12,356 nt of DNA from Gammaproteobacteria bacterium. Its GTDB lineage: Bacteria > Pseudomonadota > Gammaproteobacteria > UBA4575. Positions 6,020 to 12,356 of this stretch are shown piece after piece. Numbering within the stretch: the stretch's first letter is position 1; each line of letters opens with the position of its first letter. The stretch spans positions 1 through 12,356 of the forward strand of contig CBDCTA010000010.1 in the NCBI GenBank assembly GCA_965221955.1, given 5' to 3'. The position numbers and the translations under genes were made by a program. Below the pieces are notes generated by a model. It was given only the letters and a program-made list of their open reading frames with translations, had not been told where the DNA came from and did no database searches.

Positions 6020-6586
6020 CTATTTCCCTAATAACTCATTTTTTAAGTTCTGCTGTACTGGCACATCGCCTAACCAAATACCAAATAACGCAGAAGAAAA
6101 CGCTTTGTTTTCAATCACTCCAAGCTCATCACCGTTTTTTAAAACATGTGTGACATTATGTGGAATAAAGGCAAATTCAAATACGTCGCCTTTTTTAATT
6201 GGTTGCTTAAGCCATGACAAAAATGTTTCGATTTCAGCTTCTATTGGTGCTGTATTGCCCTGTGTTGAGCTTTCAAAGCCTTCTCGCGTAGCTTTGATCA
6301 TTTTCTTCGATGTGATTTTTGAAGAAGTAATATATAAGCGCATACATGAAGCTTGGGACATTTGAAGAAAATGGCTCGCATCCGTTGTTTTTTCTTGCAC
6401 ATATAATGACGCGGTATAAAGCTTGATGAATAGTTTTTTTCGTATACCAAAACCATTCAATTGTAGTTCTTGGTCAGCACATGTAGCCGTTTGCGAAATG
6501 ACTACTTTATTTGCGTCAGCTGCAAACGAAACCGAAAAACTAGATAGTGCAATTAAAATGATTAGTAAAAGAATTCTATGCAACAT
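6020..6586 (-). CDS. Secreted/periplasmic chalcone-isomerase-fold protein
   Basis: Signal peptide (SFA|A), L.LNG.G.R.KLFIK.Y.A.LY and F..ALF.IWLGD.P....LK..LLG motifs. The ATG at 6586 has an AGGTGG SD-like sequence upstream; the GTG at 6595 is an alternative start. Confidence 0.85.
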   Translation of the reverse strand: MLHRILLLIILIALSSFSVSFAADANKVVISQTATCADQELQLNGFGIRKKLFIKLYTASLYVQEKTTDASHFLQMSQASCMRLYITSSKITSKKMIKATREGFESSTQGNTAPIEAEIETFLSWLKQPIKKGDVFEFAFIPHNVTHVLKNGDELGVIENKAFSSALFGIWLGDVPVQQNLKNELLGK

Positions 6587-6686
6587 GATAAACACCCACC
6601 TGATTAACGATTGCTAACGTTACCCATGACAAGAATATCCTAGCATGAATAATCATCAGTAATTATGATGATGGGAATACACAAAT

Positions 6687-7277
6687 TTAGCTACTTGCGC
6701 GTGCTTTTTTACCTAAATATCCACCATGATGGCGCTTTCCAAAGTCTTCCGCGCTGAAGCCTTTCAGTTCCATTAGCAGTAAAGCAAGTGCATCACTCAT
6801 CGCTAACATCACTGCCATACTTGAAGTCGGTGTAAGACCTGTTTGGCAAGCCTCTTTTATAATGCCCATATCCAATACGACATCACTGAGCTCACGTAAT
6901 TCAGAATCGGGATGTGAAGTAATTCCTATTACAGTATGCAGACCCAATCCACGTCCTGCAGCTAGAGTATCTAAAACTTCTTTCGTTTTACCGCTGGTAG
7001 AAAACGCTACAATGGCATCATTCTCTTCAATTAGACCTAAATCTCCATGCGCAGCTTCGCCAGGATGAAGAAATGATGCTGGGGTTCCAGTGGAGCATAA
7101 TGTTGCAGAAAACTTATGCGCAATATGGCCCGCTTTACCCATACCCGTAGTGAGCACCTTGCCTTTACAACCCTGAAGAATATGCACTGCACGCTCAAAT
7201 TCATCATTCACTGGTATGGATGAAATTGCTTTTGCCTCTTGTGCAAAAATTTCTCTAACTCTGTCTTTAATATCCAC
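6687..7277 (-). CDS. SIS-domain sugar-phosphate isomerase, KdsD/KpsF/GutQ-like, without CBS domains
   Basis: TGMGKAGHIA.K..AT..STGTP..FLHPGEA.HGDLG, STSG.T.E, PTSS...MLA..DALA and F...H.GG.LG motifs. The protein ends right after the SIS domain. Confidence 0.85.
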   Translation of the reverse strand: MDIKDRVREIFAQEAKAISSIPVNDEFERAVHILQGCKGKVLTTGMGKAGHIAHKFSATLCSTGTPASFLHPGEAAHGDLGLIEENDAIVAFSTSGKTKEVLDTLAAGRGLGLHTVIGITSHPDSELRELSDVVLDMGIIKEACQTGLTPTSSMAVMLAMSDALALLLMELKGFSAEDFGKRHHGGYLGKKARASS

Positions 7278-7414
7278 TAATTCGCTATTCTCTATTGGCT
7301 AATACTATAAAATCCGGTCATAAAGCTAAGGAATACTTAACAAACTATCCTGTTTTGCAATTTTTCAACTATAGCAAATAATTGTGTATACGATGAAATA
7401 ACATATATATTTTT

Positions 7415-8233
7415 ATGTTTATTAAATTATTTTTAGCCATCACGTTATTTTACTTGGCTGCAATGATAGCAATTTATTTTGCTCAGGCGATGTTTATCTA
7501 TGCACCACATATGCCAACTCGAGACATTGTAGCCAGCCCTAGTGATATTGGACTTAATTATGAGAATCTAAACTTAATAACGTCTGATAAAGAAAAAATT
7601 CATGCTTGGTACATTCCTGCATCTACTGAAACATCTTTAACAGTATTATTTTTACATGGCAATGCGGGTAATATTTCACATCGTTTAGAAACAATAAAAA
7701 TTTTCAACCACTTGGGTTTAAATTTTTTAATCTTTGATTATCGTGGTTTTGGAAAAAGTACTGGCAAACCAAGCGAACAAGGCACATATCTTGATGCGGA
7801 TACCGCTTGGCAATACTTAATTGAGGAAAAAAATTTACGTCCTGACCAAATCATTATTGCAGGACGTTCTCTTGGAGGAGGTGTAGCAGCAGAATTAGCC
7901 AAAGAAGTGCAACCTGCGATGTTAATTCTAGAGTCTACTTTTACTTCGATGACTGAAGTATCTGCAAAACATTATCCTTTCATGCCCACAAGTTTAATTG
8001 TTAAGCATGAATATGAAACATTTTATAAATTAAAAGATATTCACTGCCCAATTGTAATCGCACATAGTAAAAGTGATGAAGTAATCCCCTACGAGCATAG
8101 TCAGCGCAACTTTACAATCGCAAATGAACCAAAAAAATTTATAGAGTTACAGGGTGGACATGGTAATGGATTTTTGTTTTCCATAAATAATTATATAGGC
8201 GGTTTACAACAGGCTCTACGAGAAATGCTTTAG
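7415..8233 (+). CDS. Membrane-anchored alpha/beta hydrolase (ABHD13/Bem46-like)
   Basis: N-terminal TM, HGNAGN, DYRGFG.S.G.PSE.G, nucleophile GRSLGG, D.VIP and GGH. Confidence 0.88.
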   Translation: MFIKLFLAITLFYLAAMIAIYFAQAMFIYAPHMPTRDIVASPSDIGLNYENLNLITSDKEKIHAWYIPASTETSLTVLFLHGNAGNISHRLETIKIFNHLGLNFLIFDYRGFGKSTGKPSEQGTYLDADTAWQYLIEEKNLRPDQIIIAGRSLGGGVAAELAKEVQPAMLILESTFTSMTEVSAKHYPFMPTSLIVKHEYETFYKLKDIHCPIVIAHSKSDEVIPYEHSQRNFTIANEPKKFIELQGGHGNGFLFSINNYIGGLQQALREML

Positions 8234-8239
8234 GATTAT

Positions 8240-9130
8240 TTACTTTCCCTGTATTGGGTTAGAGATTTTCCCAATTCCTTCTACCTCACATTCCACTACA
8301 TCACCTGGCATTAAATATTCAGGCGGATTACGCACATACCCTACACCACTTGGTGTGCCGGTAGCGATAATGTCACCAGCTTCTAATGTCATTCCTTTTG
8401 AAAGGGTCTCGATTACGGTCGCCACATCAAAAATTTGATATTTAGTATTAGAATCTTGTTTTAAATCACCATTGACCCAACTTTTTAAATCTAAATTTTG
8501 TGGGTCCGCTATTTCGTCCTTGGTTACAATCCATGGTCCCATTGGACAGGCACCCGTAAAACTCTTGCCCACGAAAAATTGTTTATGACGCTTTTGATAA
8601 TCACGTGCTGAAATATCGTTAATAATGCTGTAACCAAATACATGATCCAAAGCATTTTCTTTACTGATTCCATCCCCATCTTTGCCAATGATCACTGCTA
8701 ATTCCACCTCCCAATCCATTTTATTAGAAACCTCTAAATCAACCGAAATTGCAGAAAATGGACCGTTCATACTCGATGCAGCCTTGGTAAAAATAATGGG
8801 GTATTTAGGTAATTTTGGTGCTTCCAGCGCTTTGCCACTAGTTTCCTCGACATGTTCGATATAGTTCCAACCCAGACACATAATATTCTGCCGTGGTCGC
8901 GGAATTGGTGATATAAGCTCTACCTTTGACAGTGGCAACCATTGCTGAGAATCGGTATCTGCAACTAATTCTTGTAGCGCCTGTAAGGATTTATCGCCAG
9001 CATCGATCAACTGTAGCATGCTATTGACTTGTCCAGACCAATCTTTGTGCTTGGCTGGAAGGAATACTGAATCATCTTGCACAACAGCAAGATACGTTTG
9101 ATCATTGTATTTACATGTAGCGATACGCAT
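8240..9130 (-). CDS. Fumarylacetoacetate hydrolase (FAH) family protein
   Basis: CLGWNY.EH, P.IFTK, DWEVELAVIIGK, ND.SARD.Q, GKSF...CPMGP and GDIIATGTPSGVG motifs. The ATG at 9130 (MRIATC) is more plausible than the track start at 9187. Confidence 0.9.
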   Translation of the reverse strand: MRIATCKYNDQTYLAVVQDDSVFLPAKHKDWSGQVNSMLQLIDAGDKSLQALQELVADTDSQQWLPLSKVELISPIPRPRQNIMCLGWNYIEHVEETSGKALEAPKLPKYPIIFTKAASSMNGPFSAISVDLEVSNKMDWEVELAVIIGKDGDGISKENALDHVFGYSIINDISARDYQKRHKQFFVGKSFTGACPMGPWIVTKDEIADPQNLDLKSWVNGDLKQDSNTKYQIFDVATVIETLSKGMTLEAGDIIATGTPSGVGYVRNPPEYLMPGDVVECEVEGIGKISNPIQGK

Positions 9131-9220
9131 TTTAATAATGAAAAAGGAAGTTTGAAAAATATATTGTAGCGATAACCAACACCGCAAACTAGCAATATAT
9201 TTAGCCTAACTTATTTAAAA

Positions 9221-11350
9221 ATGAAAAAAATAATTATCTTATTTGTTATTTTAATTTTAGCTGCCTGTTTTTTTATTTTTGACTTGCATCAGTACTTAGA
9301 CTTCTCATACATAAAATCAAAACAACTGGCAATTGCTGATTATTACCAAGCCAACCCCACACAAAGCATTTTATTATTTTTTATAATTTATATATTAGTT
9401 ACAAGTTTTTCGATCCCTGGAGCAAGTATTTTATCTTTGCTTGCTGGAGCGATATTCGGATTGTTGTTGGGAAGCATTCTAGTAATATTTGGCGCTACAA
9501 TTGGAGCCACCATCGCTTTTTGGCTAGCACGATACTTATTGGGAAATAGTATTCAAGAAAGGTACGCAGATAAATTAAAAACAATCAATGCGGGAATAGA
9601 GAAAGACGGTGCATTTTATTTATTAACACTTCGACTCATCCCAATATTTCCGTTCTTTGTGATAAATGTGTTGATGGGACTCACACCCATGCGCACTATC
9701 ACATATGTGTTAACAAGTTTTTTCGGAATGCTTGCCGGCACAATAATTTACGTAAATGTTGGCACCCAACTCGCGAACCTTGAATCAGTTAGCGGAATTT
9801 TAACCCCCAAAATTTGGGGTGCTTTTATTCTACTTGCGATTTTTCCTTGGGTTGCAAAACTCATTATCAATATCATTAAGTCAAAACGTATTTATAAAGG
9901 CTTTAACAAACCAAAAAGTTTTGACTACAACCTCGCCGTCATCGGCGCGGGTTCTGCTGGCTTAGTGTCCTCTTATATAGCCGCTGCAGTAAAAGCCAAG
10001 GTAGTGCTGATTGAAAAACATAAGATGGGCGGTGACTGCTTAAACACAGGTTGTGTTCCTTCTAAAGCATTAATACGCTCAGCAAAATTTGTGTCACATG
10101 TACATAAAGCACAAAAATATGGCTGTAAAACTGCCAATGTAGAATTTGATTTTAAAGATGTTATGAACCGTGTTCAAAACGTTATTAAAGATATCGAACC
10201 ACATGATTCAATTGAACGATACACCGACTTAGGCGTTGAATGCATTCAAGGAGAAGCTAAATTATTAGATCCTTGGACCATTGAGGTAAATGGCCAGACA
10301 CTTACAAGTAAGAATATTATTCTTGCAACAGGCGCCGAACCTTTTGTTCCACCCATTCCAAGTTTAGACCAAGCTCCATTCCTTACTTCAGATACGATTT
10401 GGAATTTACAAGAGCTGCCTAAAAATATGGTTGTGCTAGGAGGCGGCCCTATCGGTTGCGAACTTGCACAAAGCTTTGCTCGACTAGGCGCAAAGGTAAG
10501 CTTAGTCGAAATGGCACCGCGCATTATGCTAATGGAAGATCCCGAAATAGCAGAAATGGTAGAACAGAGTTTAAGAAGTGATGGCGTTAATCTATTAACT
10601 AACCACACTGCGAGTGAAGTTCAACAAAACGCAGGAGCTTATACGCTGGTATGTAAAAGTGATAATAATGAATTATTGTTACCATTTGATACTTTATTAG
10701 TTGCTGTCGGGCGTAAAGCACGAGGAAGTGACGTTTGGACAGAAAACTTAAATCTTGAACTGCGCAAAAACGGAACCATAGAAGTGAATGAATATTTACA
10801 AACAAATTATCCAAACATTTATGCTTGTGGCGATGTAACGGGTCCTTATCAACTTACCCACACTGCAGCGCACCAAGCTTGGTATACCAGCGTGAATTCT
10901 CTATTTGGCTGTTTTAAAAAGTTTCGTGTTGACTACTCAGTTATTCCATGGTGCACCTTTACAGAGCCAGAAGTAGCACATGTTGGGATAAACGAAACTC
11001 AAGCCCAAGCAGAGAACATTGAATACGAAGTAACACGTTTTGATATAGCAGAATTAGATCGGGCCATTGCAGATGGTGAAGCACACGGTATTATTAAGGT
11101 GCTTACAATACCTGGAAAAGATAAAATATTAGGCGTCACCATTGTAGGTGATCATGCAGGTGACTTAATAAGTGAATATGTGAGCGCGATGAAACACGGT
11201 TTAGGATTAAATAAAATATTGGGCACTATTCATATCTACCCCACTCTTGCTGAGGCGAATAAATATGCTGCGGGGGAATGGAAACGTGCGCATGCGCCAA
11301 AACGTTTATTGGAATGGGTGCAAAAGTTCCATGCTTACATGCGTAAATAA
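9221..11350 (+). CDS. DedA/TVP38 (VTT) membrane domain fused to an FAD-dependent pyridine nucleotide-disulfide oxidoreductase
   Basis: The first ~215 aa form a TVP38/SNARE-associated domain (PGA..L.L.AGA.FG, LRLIP.FPF..IN). It is followed by GAGSAG, redox-active GGDCLNTGCVPSK, GGGPIGCE, GD, FTEPE and HIYPTLAE. Confidence 0.9.
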   Translation: MKKIIILFVILILAACFFIFDLHQYLDFSYIKSKQLAIADYYQANPTQSILLFFIIYILVTSFSIPGASILSLLAGAIFGLLLGSILVIFGATIGATIAFWLARYLLGNSIQERYADKLKTINAGIEKDGAFYLLTLRLIPIFPFFVINVLMGLTPMRTITYVLTSFFGMLAGTIIYVNVGTQLANLESVSGILTPKIWGAFILLAIFPWVAKLIINIIKSKRIYKGFNKPKSFDYNLAVIGAGSAGLVSSYIAAAVKAKVVLIEKHKMGGDCLNTGCVPSKALIRSAKFVSHVHKAQKYGCKTANVEFDFKDVMNRVQNVIKDIEPHDSIERYTDLGVECIQGEAKLLDPWTIEVNGQTLTSKNIILATGAEPFVPPIPSLDQAPFLTSDTIWNLQELPKNMVVLGGGPIGCELAQSFARLGAKVSLVEMAPRIMLMEDPEIAEMVEQSLRSDGVNLLTNHTASEVQQNAGAYTLVCKSDNNELLLPFDTLLVAVGRKARGSDVWTENLNLELRKNGTIEVNEYLQTNYPNIYACGDVTGPYQLTHTAAHQAWYTSVNSLFGCFKKFRVDYSVIPWCTFTEPEVAHVGINETQAQAENIEYEVTRFDIAELDRAIADGEAHGIIKVLTIPGKDKILGVTIVGDHAGDLISEYVSAMKHGLGLNKILGTIHIYPTLAEANKYAAGEWKRAHAPKRLLEWVQKFHAYMRK

Positions 11351-11375
11351 ATAATACATTCAATAAAAATCTATA

Positions 11376-12338
11376 ATGCATGAAACTATACACTTATTAA
11401 AAAAGACTGATTTCCCAAGCATTGTTCGTAACAGACTAGAAACATTGCAAGTCAATCTGGGCTATAAATGCAATCAAACCTGCACACATTGTCATGTCAA
11501 TGCAGGACCAAAGCGCAAAGAAATGATGACAGCAGACAATGTTGCAGTTGTTATTGATTATTTACGTGCACAAGAAATACGTATCTTAGACCTTACGGGT
11601 GGTGCACCTGAGTTACATCCACAGTTTAGAGAAATTATTCAATCAGCTAGAACTTTAGGCGTTCACGTGATGGATCGATGCAACTTAACTGTATTGGAGG
11701 AACCAGACCAAGAAGATACAGCACAATTTTTAGCTCAACACCAAGTTGAAATTGTCGCTTCTCTACCCTGTTATTTAGAAGAAAATGTGGATAAACAACG
11801 TGGTAAAGGTGTATTTGAAAAAAGTATCCGCGGCCTTAAAGCACTCAATGTACTGGGTTACGGAAAAGGTAATAAAAATTTAAAGCTTACTCTTGTGTAC
11901 AACCCACAAGGACCACAATTACCCCCTTCTCAGCAGAGCTTAAAACAAGATTACCGCAAATTTTTAACTGATAATTTTGATATCAGTTTCGATGAACTTT
12001 ACACCATCACTAACATGCCTATTCAACGCTTTGGCAGCATGCTTATTAGCAAAGGAAAATTTGAGGAATACATGCAATTACTGCGTGATGCGTACAGCAC
12101 AGAAAACCTTGAGTTTGTCATGTGTCGTTCTATGATCAGCGTGGATTGGCAAGGTTATACATATGATTGTGACTTTAACCAAATGTTAGGTCTTACTCTC
12201 CCTCATAATGATCAAATTCGCACACATTTATCAGAGCTAATTAATATTGATTTAAAAAATAATGCCATTACTGTGGCAGATCATTGTTATGGTTGTACCG
12301 CAGGGCAAGGGAGTAGCTGTGGTGGTGCATTTAATTAA
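11376..12338 (+). CDS. arsS: ArsS-like radical SAM protein (arsenosugar biosynthesis / Cys-rich C-terminal family)
   Basis: CNQTCTHC (CxxxCxxC), DLTGGAPE, ASLPCY, MC...ISVDW.G..YDCDFNQ and C-terminal HCYGCTAGQGSSCGG. Confidence 0.85.
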   Translation: MHETIHLLKKTDFPSIVRNRLETLQVNLGYKCNQTCTHCHVNAGPKRKEMMTADNVAVVIDYLRAQEIRILDLTGGAPELHPQFREIIQSARTLGVHVMDRCNLTVLEEPDQEDTAQFLAQHQVEIVASLPCYLEENVDKQRGKGVFEKSIRGLKALNVLGYGKGNKNLKLTLVYNPQGPQLPPSQQSLKQDYRKFLTDNFDISFDELYTITNMPIQRFGSMLISKGKFEEYMQLLRDAYSTENLEFVMCRSMISVDWQGYTYDCDFNQMLGLTLPHNDQIRTHLSELINIDLKNNAITVADHCYGCTAGQGSSCGGAFN

Positions 12339-12356
12339 ATTCTTGGGCTAATCCTT

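Noticed and set aside
6652-6672. ATCATCA-N7-TGATGAT inverted repeat after the SIS gene
   Set aside because: The short AT-rich stem could be a weak terminator or operator, but the sequence alone does not support either.
989-10814. Track ORFs 989-1240, 4387-4590, 5667-5912, 5949-6365, 6423-6617, 6862-7068, 8682-8864, 9007-9195, 10246-10608 and 10599-10814
   Set aside because: All overlap well-supported genes antisense or out of frame and have no recognisable motifs.
9221-11350. Calling the reductase merA or lpdA
   Set aside because: It lacks the MerA C-terminal Cys-Cys pair and NmerA domain, there are no mer or 2-oxoacid dehydrogenase genes nearby, and it has an N-terminal DedA domain.

Overview
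This is a low-GC bacterial chromosomal window, probably gammaproteobacterial. Left part: a partial SirB2/YchQ gene diverges from an ompW - group I truncated hemoglobin - 38-aa membrane peptide - DsrC/TusE-like cluster, with two FNR/DNR-like palindromes in the intergenic region. Right part: a minus-strand run of SIS-only arabinose-5-phosphate isomerase, chalcone-isomerase-fold protein, membrane metal-dependent hydrolase, SixA and a minimal protein kinase, followed by an alpha/beta hydrolase, an FAH-family protein, a DedA/VTT-flavoprotein disulfide reductase fusion and an ArsS-like radical SAM gene. The most interesting stretch is 2269-3775, between two convergent gene ends. It holds eight copies of a ~30-bp palindromic site (ATGTCYGCTTT-6 bp core-WWAGCRGNCAT, 11-6-11 geometry, two core types CGGCCA and GGGTCG). 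These sites tightly bracket four co-oriented, apparently promoterless, unrelated small membrane-protein ORFs, one of which (48 aa) is missing from the ORF track. The layout resembles an integron or pdif gene-cassette array, but the sites are not attC, dif or CRISPR repeats, and no recombinase is encoded in the window.
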